Positions 8,435-18,885 of a stretch of DNA of 24,018 nucleotides are shown here, piece by piece. The position numbers and the translations under genes are program-made. The notes beneath the pieces are model-generated. The model was not told where the DNA came from. It ran no database searches and was given only the letters and a program-made list of their open reading frames with translations. Position 1 is the stretch's first letter, and every line of letters starts with the position of its first letter. Source of the stretch: an uncultured Eubacteriales bacterium (GTDB lineage Bacteria > Bacillota > Clostridia > TANB77 > RGIG9151); NCBI GenBank assembly GCA_964475435.1, contig CAYYWT010000008.1:1-24018 (forward strand), read 5' to 3'.

Positions 8435-9539
8435 ATGATAGAGTTTGAAGAATATAAAATTCAGTTAGAAGAACTAAAAAAAACTATCGGTGAATTGGGT
8501 GTTTCTCTTTGACATCGAAAGTAAAAAAAATGTGATAGCAGAGCTTGAAAAAGAAATTTCTAAGGAAGGGTTTTGGGATGACTTAGAAATTTCTCAAAAG
8601 GTTCTTCAAAAAAGTAAAAATTTAAAATCTTCTGTTGAAAGGTATAACAAATTGATTTCTGATGAAGATGATTTAGAAACATTAAATGAACTTGCGATAG
8701 AAGAAGATGATGCGAGTTTGGTAGAGGAAATAGGTAAAGGAATTTTTAGACTTAATAAAATTGCTGAAAAGATGAGACTTGAAGCGTTACTTAGCGGTAC
8801 GTATGATAAAAACAATGCGATTTTAACTCTTCATTCGGGTGCCGGTGGAACTGAGGCTCAAGATTGGGTTGAAATGCTTTACAGGATGTATTTAAGATGG
8901 GCTGAAAGAAATGGTTATAGGGCGCGAGAACTTGATTGCCTTCCGGGAGATGATGCCGGAATTAAGAGTGTTACTTTTATGATAGAGGGAGAAAATGCTT
9001 ACGGATATTTAGCATGTGAAAAGGGCGTTCATAGATTGGTTAGAATATCTCCGTTTGACTCTAATTCTAGGCGTCATACGTCTTTTGCATCGCTAGATGT
9101 TATGCCGGAGATTTCTGATGATATAAATATTGACATTAATCCTGCTGATTTGAGAGTAGATACATATCGGGCTAGTGGAGCAGGGGGACAACATATTAAT
9201 AAGACTGAGTCTGCGGTTAGAATTACACATATTCCGACCGGTGTGGTTGTATCTTGCCAAACTGAGCGTTCTCAAATTCAAAACAGGGATACTGCTATGA
9301 AGATGCTAAAGTCTAAGTTATTTGCTATTAAAGAACGTGAACATTTAGATAAAATAGAGGCTATAAAGGGAGATATGAAAGAAATTGCATGGGGAAGTCA
9401 AATTCGCTCATATGTTTTTCATCCTTATAGTATGGTTAAAGATCATAGAACGGATTACGAAGTAGGAAATGTCCAAGCTGTTATGGACGGAGATATTGAC
9501 GGCTTTATTAATGCGTATCTTAATTCTAAAGTGAAATAG
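8435..9539 (+). CDS. prfB: peptide chain release factor 2, expressed via programmed +1 frameshift: join(8435..8509,8511..9539)
   Basis: ORF0 starts at ATG 8435 (AGGAGAG RBS) and encodes [25 protein letters not shown], then hits in-frame TGA at 8510-8512 inside CTT TGA C. Skipping T8510 joins the main frame ([15 protein letters not shown]...). The main frame carries the RF2-specific SPF tripeptide (RISPFDS) and the GGQ motif ([15 protein letters not shown]). The ORF-track start at 8490 is an artefact. Confidence 0.92.
8507..8513 (+). promoter_or_regulatory. RF2 autoregulatory +1 frameshift site CTT TGA C
   Basis: Exact canonical slippery/stop heptamer CTTTGAC. Only a weak Shine-Dalgarno-like GGGTG lies 5 nt upstream. 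Confidence 0.9.
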
Positions 9540-9547
9540 GTGAAAAT

Positions 9548-10081
9548 ATGAAATTATTGTTACATAGTTGTTGCGGACCGTGTTCGACATATCCGCTAAA
9601 GGTTTTAAAGGGAAAAGGAATTGATATAACTTCATTTTGGTTTAATACTAATATTCATCCTTATACTGAATATAAAAACAGGTATGAAAGTTATAAGAAA
9701 CTTATGGAAATTGAGAATATTCCAACGATAGAAATAGATGAGTATGATATTATAAAATTTACACGTGGAGTCTATGGTAAAGAGCTGGAAAGATGTAGGT
9801 ATTGTTATGAAAGCCGTATGGAACTTGTTGCTAAGACTGCGAAAGAGAAAGGGTTTGATGCTTTTACAACGACTCTTTTCGTAAGCCCTTACCAAAAACA
9901 TGATATGTTAAAAGAAGTTTGTATTGAGATGTCTGAAAAATATGATATAAATTTTTTGTATATTGATTTTCGTCCCGGATTTAGAGAAGGTCAACAAATA
10001 GCACGAGATATGGGATTATATATGCAAAAATATTGCGGTTGCATTTATTCTGAGGCTGAGAGATACAAAAAATTAAAATAA
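9548..10081 (+). CDS. queH: epoxyqueuosine reductase QueH (DUF208 family)
   Basis: 177 aa. The N-terminal LLLHSCCGPCS motif plus downstream Cys residues (RCRYCY, YCGCIYSE) are typical of QueH. AGGTGA RBS. Confidence 0.8.
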   Translation: MKLLLHSCCGPCSTYPLKVLKGKGIDITSFWFNTNIHPYTEYKNRYESYKKLMEIENIPTIEIDEYDIIKFTRGVYGKELERCRYCYESRMELVAKTAKEKGFDAFTTTLFVSPYQKHDMLKEVCIEMSEKYDINFLYIDFRPGFREGQQIARDMGLYMQKYCGCIYSEAERYKKLK

Positions 10082-10140
10082 GGAAAACGTAAAGATTTTA
10101 TTATTTGTTACGATATTTAAGTTGGAGGAGCTGAAGATTA

Positions 10141-11904
10141 ATGAAAAAGTTTGGCATTATTTTAACTGTATGTATAGTTATAGCGTTAGGCGTGGTATGT
10201 GTTTTTGTTATAAATAGCGAAGATCCGTATTTAGATACAAATAATAAAATAGGCGAGAATGAAACTAGTCGGTCTCCTAGTGTAGATGATATTGTTGAGA
10301 ATTCTCCGAGTCCTGTTGAGTCTAGTGGTAACTCTAATGAACCTGGTAACGGAGAAGATGGAAATGTTGAGATTACTGATAAGAAAGTTATCGCTAAGGA
10401 CGAGCTTGGAAAAGAAATTTCCGGCACTGAATATGAAGATGGAACATATGTTGTAAGCGGAAAAGGTGAAATGTATAATTTTAACCTAATAAACGGAGAA
10501 ATTTATTTTACTAAAGGAAATGAGCAAACATTAAAAAGAGACTTAAGAAATGTAAAAAAGATTGTTGTGTCAAGCGGAGTTGAAAGTATAGGAAACAGAG
10601 GTTTCTATGATGCAACAGATGCGGTGGAGATTGAAATTGCTGATACAGTTAAAAAGATTGGCGATTATGCTTTTATGAATTGTATAAAATTAAAAAACAT
10701 TACTATTCCTAAAGGTGTAACTGAAATCGGTCAAGAAGCGTTTAGAAAATGTACGAGCTTAACCGGAGTTACGGTGGCATCAGATGTTAAAAAAATTGGT
10801 GATTACGCTTTTGAGGACTGCAATAATCTTACGAGTATTATATTTTTTGACGGACTTAAGACTATTGGAGTACAAGCGTTTAAAAATTGCTCTTCTTTAA
10901 TGAATATTTACATTCCAAGTACGGTAGATAGCATAGGGAAATTGGCTTTTAGCGGTTGTACCAGTCTAAAAGATATTGATGTAGATGAAAACAACAATAC
11001 ATATTCTTCAGTTGATGGCTGTTTGTATAATAAAAATAAAAATTTACTTATAAGAGTTCCTCAAAAATATACAGGAGATTTTATAATTGCTGATACAGTA
11101 AAAAATATTGAAAGCTACTGTTTTGAATGTTGTAATGATATAACGGCGATTACAATTCCTATTGGAATAACTGATATTCCGGATTATGCGTTTAGTGAAT
11201 GTAAGAGTCTAAAAAATATTGAGGTGCCTGACGGGGTTACTAAAATCGGTGATTATGCTTTTAGCACATGTGAAAGGCTTGAAAAGGTTACTTTGCCAAA
11301 TACGGTAACTGAAATAGGGGGATACGCTTTTTATGAATGTACGACTTTATCTAAAATAAGAATGCCAAGTAAAGCGAATAATATCGGTCAGTATGCTTTT
11401 AGCGGATGTGTAAGTTTGACTAATCTTAATTTGCCAAGCAAAATGTCGAAGATAAATGATTATGTATTTAATGGTTGTACAGGGTTAAAAGAAATTTCTA
11501 TTCCAGACAATGTAGTTGAGGTTGGGAAAAATTCGTTTAGCGGATGTACAAGTTTAGAAAAAATAAATTTCCCGGCTAAATTAAGAACTGTCGGAGATGC
11601 AGCGTTTTTTGGTTGTAATAATTTATCGAGTGTAGATATTGAATATGGTATTGAAAAAATTGGTGCTAATGTGTTTGAAGGATGCGAGAAATTAAGAAGA
11701 ATAAATATGCCTGAGAGTATAAAACAAATCGGTTATGGAGCGTTTAACAGATGTACAAAACTAGAGAGAGTTGTTTTTAAAAATCGTGCAACAAGTATCG
11801 GAGATGTAACTATTGAGTCTTATGGAAATGATTGGTTGAGTGATTTTAGAGGAGAATTGGTTGGAAGCGATTACATATATATGAGATCGTATAAAAATCA
11901 GTAA
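10141..11904 (+). CDS. membrane-anchored BspA-type leucine-rich repeat (LRR_5-like) surface protein
   Basis: 587 aa. N-terminal TM/signal anchor (FGIILTVCIVIALGVVCVFVI). Low-complexity S/P/E/N/G linker. About 16 consecutive units of roughly 23 aa with the pattern I-P-x-x-V-x-x-IG-x-x-AF-x-x-C-x-x-L. An internal DGCLYNKNKNLLIRVP segment is typical of BspA-like LRR proteins. GGAGGAG RBS. Confidence 0.8.
   Translation: MKKFGIILTVCIVIALGVVCVFVINSEDPYLDTNNKIGENETSRSPSVDDIVENSPSPVESSGNSNEPGNGEDGNVEITDKKVIAKDELGKEISGTEYEDGTYVVSGKGEMYNFNLINGEIYFTKGNEQTLKRDLRNVKKIVVSSGVESIGNRGFYDATDAVEIEIADTVKKIGDYAFMNCIKLKNITIPKGVTEIGQEAFRKCTSLTGVTVASDVKKIGDYAFEDCNNLTSIIFFDGLKTIGVQAFKNCSSLMNIYIPSTVDSIGKLAFSGCTSLKDIDVDENNNTYSSVDGCLYNKNKNLLIRVPQKYTGDFIIADTVKNIESYCFECCNDITAITIPIGITDIPDYAFSECKSLKNIEVPDGVTKIGDYAFSTCERLEKVTLPNTVTEIGGYAFYECTTLSKIRMPSKANNIGQYAFSGCVSLTNLNLPSKMSKINDYVFNGCTGLKEISIPDNVVEVGKNSFSGCTSLEKINFPAKLRTVGDAAFFGCNNLSSVDIEYGIEKIGANVFEGCEKLRRINMPESIKQIGYGAFNRCTKLERVVFKNRATSIGDVTIESYGNDWLSDFRGELVGSDYIYMRSYKNQ
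10555..11836 (+). repeat. diverged tandem coding repeats of about 69 nt (LRR units) inside the LRR gene
   Basis: Recurring DNA blocks such as aagattggcgattatgcttttatgaattgt, aaaattggtgattacgcttttgaggactgc and aaaatcggtgattatgcttttagcacatgt. The boundaries are approximate. Confidence 0.7.
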
Positions 11905-11915
11905 GAGGAGAAAAT

Positions 11916-12860
11916 ATGGAATTATATGTTTTTTACGGTGAAGAAGATTTTTTAAGAGAGTATAATGCGAATAAAATTATAAATTCTTGTAATTTAACAA
12001 ACCCTTCTATGAACTTTGTAAAATTAGATGATGAAACTATTTCTAAGTTGCCGGATAATTGTGAACAAATGCCGTTTTGTGATGAGAAGAAGGTTATATT
12101 AGTGAAAAATTCCGGCTTGTTTACTTCCGGAAAGAAAGTAAGTTCGTCAGTTTCAGAAAAAGTGGTTGAATATTTATTGAATTTACCGGATTATGCGGTT
12201 GTTGTTTTTAATGAAGAAAGCGTAGATAAGAGGCTTACTCCTTATAAAAAGCTTTCTAAAGTTGGAAAATTTGAAGAAGAAAAGTTTCGCGGAACTGTGG
12301 ATTTAGCTAATTGGATTTGTAGTGGAATGAAGAAATGCGGTGCTGAAATAGATATAGAAGATGCTAAATATTTAGCTGAATGTTCCGGCCCGTCTATGAG
12401 TTATTTGCACAGTGAAATAAAAAAACTTGCGGTATTAAATAAAGAAGGCGAAAAAATAACAAAAAAGCTTATTGATGATGTGTGTATAAAAAGTATGCAA
12501 GGAATTATATTCGATTTAACGGATGCAATTGGAAATAAAGATAAAAAGAAATCGCTTATTTTAGTAAATGAATTGATACTCAAAAAAGAAGCCGAACAAT
12601 TTATACTTATTATGTTGTATAAACACTTTAGAAATTTATTTTTATTGAGAGTTGCAACGGACGAGGGGAGAGCGAGTGCGGAGGCACTTGGTATTAATCC
12701 ATATGTATATAGAAAGCTATTGGGGCAAGTTAAAAATTATGAAAAAGCGGAGCTTAGAAACATACTTAAAAAGTTAGTGGAGTTAGATGTAAAGAGTAAA
12801 AAAGGAGAACTTGATTTAAGAGTAGGCTTAGAAATTTTACTCACAGTTTGGGTAAAGTGA
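11916..12860 (+). CDS. holA: DNA polymerase III subunit delta
   Basis: 314 aa. N-terminal YVFYGEEDFL start and overall length and architecture are typical of HolA. GAGGAG RBS. The call rests on remembered family features, not a computed alignment. Confidence 0.7.
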   Translation: MELYVFYGEEDFLREYNANKIINSCNLTNPSMNFVKLDDETISKLPDNCEQMPFCDEKKVILVKNSGLFTSGKKVSSSVSEKVVEYLLNLPDYAVVVFNEESVDKRLTPYKKLSKVGKFEEEKFRGTVDLANWICSGMKKCGAEIDIEDAKYLAECSGPSMSYLHSEIKKLAVLNKEGEKITKKLIDDVCIKSMQGIIFDLTDAIGNKDKKKSLILVNELILKKEAEQFILIMLYKHFRNLFLLRVATDEGRASAEALGINPYVYRKLLGQVKNYEKAELRNILKKLVELDVKSKKGELDLRVGLEILLTVWVK

Positions 12861-12875
12861 TTTGGGGGAATACAT

Positions 12876-13991
12876 ATGAAAAAAATTATTATTGGAACTG
12901 CTATTATCGGAGCGATAATTACTAATACGAGTTTTGCTGAATTTTCTGATGTCCCGAGTACTCATTGGGGGTATGAGGCGATTGAAAAAATGCAAAGTGA
13001 CGGAATTTTAAGTGGGTATGTAGACGGAACATTTAGACCTAACAATAATATAAATTTAGCTGAATTTGCGACTATTTTCACAAAAATATTTGAGTTGCCT
13101 AAAGATAGTGAATCGAATTATTTTTCAGAAGTTCCTACTACTCATTGGGCGAAAAGTTCGATAGAAGCTGTTCGTAAGTATATTAATCCTTATTATGATT
13201 CTATCGGAGAGGCAATGGGGTTTGACGGATATTCGTATATGGACGGAATAACCGGAGATTTAGAAATGACTAGAGAGGCTTTTGTATATGCAGTTTCTAA
13301 GATTTACGGATATGATGAAAATGGGTATTCTTTAGGGGAAGAAAAGAGTCTTTTTGCTGATTATGATGAGATTTTATTCCCTAAAGAAACTGTTTTAGCG
13401 TATAAAAACGGAGTTATAAGCGGGGAAGTGATTAACGGACTTACGTATATTCGCCCAACAAGACATATAACAAGGGCTGAAGCGTCTGCTATATTTAGGA
13501 ATTTACTTAAATCAGAAGAAAAAAGGGTACAAAATCGTAATCAAGATGCCGAATTAACTTTAGCAATTGAAAAAATGACAGACAGCTTAAAAGCAGGTGA
13601 TTTTGATACGGTAAAGACGTTAATTTATGATACAGCTAATGTTTTAGAAAATAAATATTTTACAATTTCAGATGAAAATATGGAGTCATTAAGAGCAATT
13701 GTAAAACAATATTTCAAAAAGTTTGAATATGAAGTTAGTGAAACAGGATTTGATGGCTTTAATCAAGGATATGCGAAGATTAAGCTTAAAGGATATGACA
13801 TAAAAGAGTTACTTGATACTTGTTTTAATAAGATGTTTTCTGAATTTGATGAAAGTAGTATAGAAGGATTATTAAAAGAGGTAACGGAAAGTTTTACTAA
13901 AGGTACAAAAAATAAAGAAATTAAAATAACTGAGCTTGAAGAAACTTTGAACTTTGTTTATCAAGACGGAGAATGGAAGTTGAGTTTATAA
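12876..13991 (+). CDS. secreted S-layer-homology (SLH) domain protein with an uncharacterised C-terminal domain
   Basis: 371 aa. Signal peptide MKKIIIGTAIIGAIITNTSFA. SLH motifs FSDVPSTHWGYEAIEKMQSDGILSGYVDGTFRPNNNINLAEFATIF and FSEVPTTHWAKSSIEAV, with a third degenerate copy ending ITRAEASAIF. The C-terminal region of about 160 aa is unassigned. Confidence 0.8.
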   Translation: MKKIIIGTAIIGAIITNTSFAEFSDVPSTHWGYEAIEKMQSDGILSGYVDGTFRPNNNINLAEFATIFTKIFELPKDSESNYFSEVPTTHWAKSSIEAVRKYINPYYDSIGEAMGFDGYSYMDGITGDLEMTREAFVYAVSKIYGYDENGYSLGEEKSLFADYDEILFPKETVLAYKNGVISGEVINGLTYIRPTRHITRAEASAIFRNLLKSEEKRVQNRNQDAELTLAIEKMTDSLKAGDFDTVKTLIYDTANVLENKYFTISDENMESLRAIVKQYFKKFEYEVSETGFDGFNQGYAKIKLKGYDIKELLDTCFNKMFSEFDESSIEGLLKEVTESFTKGTKNKEIKITELEETLNFVYQDGEWKLSL

Positions 13992-15094
13992 TGAAAAAAC
14001 TTGCGATTTATGTTCATATACCTTTTTGTAAGCAAAAGTGTAAATATTGTGATTTTACTTCATTTTCGGGATATGAGGATAAAGTAAGAATGTATGTTGA
14101 TTCACTGTTACGAGAAATAGAATGGTATAGTGAAAAAGCAAAAGACTTTATTGTTACATCGGTGTACTTTGGCGGAGGTACACCTTCTTTTATTGAGGCT
14201 AATTTTATTGAGGAAATATTTGACAGCATAAAAAATAATTATAATTTAGATAGTATAGCTGAAACTACTATTGAAGCCAATCCCGGAACTGTTGACATAG
14301 AAAAGTTAGGTAAATATCACAAAATCGGTTTTAACAGGATTAGCTTTGGAGTTCAGTCCTGTTCGGATAAATTGTTAAAAGAAATAGGAAGAATTCATAC
14401 ATCAGCTGAGGCTATTGATGGTTTTTCTATGGCGAGAGAAGTAGGATTTAATAACATTAGCTTAGACTTAATGTTCGGACTTCCGAACCAAACTGTAGAA
14501 GATGTAGATAATACATTGAATGAATTTATTAGACTTAATCCTGAACACATTTCTACATATTCTTTAAAAATTGAAGAAAATACGCTTTTCGGGAAAATGC
14601 AAAAAGAAGGCAAATTAGCTTTGCCAAGTGATGATGATGAACGAAATATGTATTATTTGATAAAAGATAAATTAAAATTGGCTGGATATGAACATTACGA
14701 AATATCCAATTTCTGCAAAAAAGGTTTTGCATCTCGTCATAATACTGCTTATTGGATAAGGCAAGATTATTTAGGCTTTGGTCTTGGAGCATCATCTTGT
14801 TTTAATGAAGTTAGATTTAAGAATACAGATAATTTAGATAAATATATGGAGAGCTTTGAAAAAAATATAGAGGAAACTGAGGTATTAAGCCAAGATGTTA
14901 TTAATTCCGAAAAAATAATTTTAGGACTTAGAATGTTAAAAGGAATTAGTAGAGACTATATTGTATCTGAAAAATGGGAGAAGTCTGTAGAAAAATTAGT
15001 TAAATATGGACTTTTAGAGACAACAGAAGATGTAATTAGACTTACGGATAGGGGGTTAGATTTAGCTAATCAAGTTTTTGTTGAGTTCATTTAA
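13991..15094 (+). CDS. hemW: radical SAM heme chaperone HemW (HemN-like, oxygen-independent coproporphyrinogen oxidase family)
   Basis: The start is set at ATG 13991 (MKKLAIYVHIPFC), which overlaps the upstream stop as TAATG. Radical-SAM motif CKQKCKYCDF. GGGTPS block. HemN_C-like C-terminus. Confidence 0.85.
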   Translation: MKKLAIYVHIPFCKQKCKYCDFTSFSGYEDKVRMYVDSLLREIEWYSEKAKDFIVTSVYFGGGTPSFIEANFIEEIFDSIKNNYNLDSIAETTIEANPGTVDIEKLGKYHKIGFNRISFGVQSCSDKLLKEIGRIHTSAEAIDGFSMAREVGFNNISLDLMFGLPNQTVEDVDNTLNEFIRLNPEHISTYSLKIEENTLFGKMQKEGKLALPSDDDERNMYYLIKDKLKLAGYEHYEISNFCKKGFASRHNTAYWIRQDYLGFGLGASSCFNEVRFKNTDNLDKYMESFEKNIEETEVLSQDVINSEKIILGLRMLKGISRDYIVSEKWEKSVEKLVKYGLLETTEDVIRLTDRGLDLANQVFVEFI

Positions 15095-15124
15095 AAATTG
15101 TTACTACTCAAATTTAGTATTTTG

Positions 15125-15143
15125 CGAAAGATATTATCTTTCG
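15125..15143. terminator. hairpin between convergent genes (possible weak bidirectional terminator)
   Basis: CGAAAGAT-att-ATCTTTCG, an 8-bp stem. No clear U-tract on either side, so terminator function is uncertain. Confidence 0.4.
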
Positions 15144-15178
15144 TAAAACAATTAGTCTGAACATTAACAAAAAATTGG

Positions 15179-16075
15179 CTAAACTAACAATTCACCGTAT
15201 CGAAAAATTACATTTTGTTTTAAAAGTCCTAAAGTGGTTTGCGTTTCGCAAATCATTTTTTCTATACACAAGCTAATTGTGTTTATGTATAGACGGCCAT
15301 ATGATAATTCACCTGATTTTGCCGGGAAGTAGCCTTCATATACATAGTAATTTTCACTTGAAAGTTTGGTGTTTTTCTTCATTCCGCAAGCTAATACAGA
15401 TAAATAATTTATTTCTTCTAAAGACGATTTTTTTGTTAGCTTTATTGAAGAATTATGCCATTCGGTATTTAGCATATTTTTTTCAAATATTTGATTTTTT
15501 CTTGTATCTATATAAATAGAATTGCCGAATGATGTGTTATTTATTTCGTTTATAATATCTATTTGTACATCGTATACATTTGATACAATATCATTTAAGG
15601 CTAAAAAGAAAGTATTTGTTTCTAAATAATCATTTGCCGATTTTATGAATACGGTTTTTGAATTTTCGTCCCATATTGTAAAATAATCTAAAAATTCGCT
15701 AAACATTCTAAGCGGTACATAAGTCTGGTTTTTATATAGCAGTGGAGTACATGGAAGAAGTACTTCCGTATCATTTATTTTAGCGATATTTGAATTGATT
15801 TTAAATTCTAACTGTTTATCTTTAAAAAAGATTTTCACTGTTTGTTCGTTTTTGTCCCAGTATAAGTTTTCTAAAGGTAGAGAAAGTTTTTCACATAATT
15901 CACGTAGCGGAAATAGAATGTGTGAATTTGAAATTATAGTTGGCGACGTAAGTATGTTTTTTTCGGAATTTATTATTAAATGTATATCTGTACTTTCTAT
16001 AAAGTCAAGATTATTTGCTGAGCTTGTACATAAAACCGGAAGTATTGTTATAAGCAAAACAATAATTTTTTTCAT
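15179..16075 (-). CDS. secreted protein with a copper amine oxidase N-terminal-like ('stalk') domain
   Basis: 298 aa. Signal peptide MKKIIVLLITILPVLCTSSA. The region ILFPLRELCEKLSL...VKIFFKDKQLEFKINSNIAKINDTEVLLPCTPLLYKNQTYVPLRMFSEFL resembles the Cu_amine_oxidN1 fold common in clostridial exported proteins. The C-terminal half is unassigned. AAGGAG RBS. Confidence 0.6.
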   Translation of the reverse strand: MKKIIVLLITILPVLCTSSANNLDFIESTDIHLIINSEKNILTSPTIISNSHILFPLRELCEKLSLPLENLYWDKNEQTVKIFFKDKQLEFKINSNIAKINDTEVLLPCTPLLYKNQTYVPLRMFSEFLDYFTIWDENSKTVFIKSANDYLETNTFFLALNDIVSNVYDVQIDIINEINNTSFGNSIYIDTRKNQIFEKNMLNTEWHNSSIKLTKKSSLEEINYLSVLACGMKKNTKLSSENYYVYEGYFPAKSGELSYGRLYINTISLCIEKMICETQTTLGLLKQNVIFRYGELLV

Positions 16076-16236
16076 TTGTAAATCACTCCTTGTACAATAA
16101 ATATATTCAGGAAAATAAAAAATAGAACAGTACTTTTAAAAGATAGAAAAACGTTCTAATTTCTAGCTTTTTAAAGCAAAATTAAGAAAAAACAGTAAAA
16201 AACGAGTTAACACTGAATTTTGAATAATTTATGCAA

Positions 16237-16265
16237 TTGAAGAATAAATTGTTTAGTGATTAAAT
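16237..16265 (+). promoter_or_regulatory. sigma-A type promoter of groES-groEL (TTGAAG-17 nt-TTAAAT with TGn extension)
   Basis: TTGAAG at 16237-16242, 17-nt spacer ending TGA, TTAAAT at 16260-16265. CIRCE starts immediately downstream, which is the classical arrangement. Confidence 0.55.
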
Positions 16266-16270
16266 AACAA

Positions 16271-16297
16271 TTAGCAGTCGAAGAAGTAGAGTGCTAA
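16271..16297 (+). promoter_or_regulatory. CIRCE operator (HrcA binding site)
   Basis: TTAGCAGTC-N9-GAGTGCTAA against the consensus TTAGCACTC-N9-GAGTGCTAA. There is one mismatch, in the left arm. It lies about 35 nt upstream of the groES ATG. Confidence 0.9.
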
Positions 16298-16325
16298 AAA
16301 CAGAAAATATTTTGAAAGGGGATAG

Positions 16326-18279
<1,954 letters not shown>

Positions 18280-18300
18280 TTAATAATTTTGTGTGAATTT

Positions 18301-18346
18301 TTTAAAGGCCATAGCTTTTTAGAGAGATATGGTCTTTAAATGTTTT
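18301..18346 (+). terminator. Rho-independent terminator after groEL
   Basis: 13-bp stem TTTAAAGGCCATA / TATGGTCTTTAAA with one G-U pair and a 14-nt loop, followed by TGTTTT. Confidence 0.65.
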
Positions 18347-18378
18347 AAAATCGTTTGAATTTGAGCTATCGATGCCCA

Positions 18379-18407
18379 TTGACTAAATCTAAATGAAAGT
18401 ATATAAT
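18379..18407 (+). promoter_or_regulatory. sigma-A type promoter (TTGACT-17 nt-TATAAT) for rpiB-tagO-mnaA
   Basis: TTGACT at 18379-18384, exact 17-nt spacer, consensus TATAAT at 18402-18407. Confidence 0.65.
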
Positions 18408-18433
18408 AAACTAGATTTGGGGGTATAAAAAAT

Positions 18434-18865
18434 ATGAAGATAGCTATTGGCGCTGACCACGCCGGTTTTGAGTTTAAAGAACAATTAAAAGAATATGTAT
18501 CTTCGTTAGGATATGAAGTTGAAGATTTTGGTGCTTATTCTTTTGATAAAGATGACGGTTTTCCTGATTATGCTTTACCTGTTGCTCGTGCTGTTTCAAA
18601 GGGTGAAGCTGATAGAGGAGTTTTAGTGTGTGGTAGCGGAATTGGTGTTAGTATTGCGGCTAATAAGGTTAAAGGGGTTAGAGCGGTAAATTGTACTTGC
18701 GAAGATTTCGCGAAATTATCGCGACTTCATAACGATACTAATGTAATTTGTTTCCCGGGAAGATTTTTAGATATTGAAGATGGAAAGAGATTTTTTGATA
18801 TTTGGATAAAAACTGAATTTTTAGGCGGAAAATACGAGGAAAGAAATAAGTTACTTGATTTTTAG
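18434..18865 (+). CDS. rpiB: ribose-5-phosphate isomerase B (RpiB/LacA/LacB family)
   Basis: 143 aa. MKIAIGADHAGFEFKEQLKEY... and VLVCGSGIGVSIAANK with the catalytic Cys are typical of RpiB. Confidence 0.88.
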   Translation: MKIAIGADHAGFEFKEQLKEYVSSLGYEVEDFGAYSFDKDDGFPDYALPVARAVSKGEADRGVLVCGSGIGVSIAANKVKGVRAVNCTCEDFAKLSRLHNDTNVICFPGRFLDIEDGKRFFDIWIKTEFLGGKYEERNKLLDF

Positions 18866-18885
18866 TTTTACAAAGGAGAAAAGAA

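Noticed and set aside
9540-9547. preQ1 riboswitch expected upstream of a queuosine gene (queH).
   Set aside because: Only 8 nt separate prfB from queH, so there is no room for a riboswitch. queH appears to be co-transcribed with prfB.
16077-16100. WalR-box-like TGTAAA ... TGTACA upstream of the secreted-protein gene.
   Set aside because: The two hexamers are 8 nt apart, not the 5 nt of the TGTWAH-N5-TGTWAH consensus, and they overlap the RBS and start codon region. This is probably chance.
18385-18418. 7-bp inverted repeat AAATCTA/TAGATTT bracketing the -10 of the rpiB promoter.
   Set aside because: It is too short and AT-rich to distinguish from chance in this genome.
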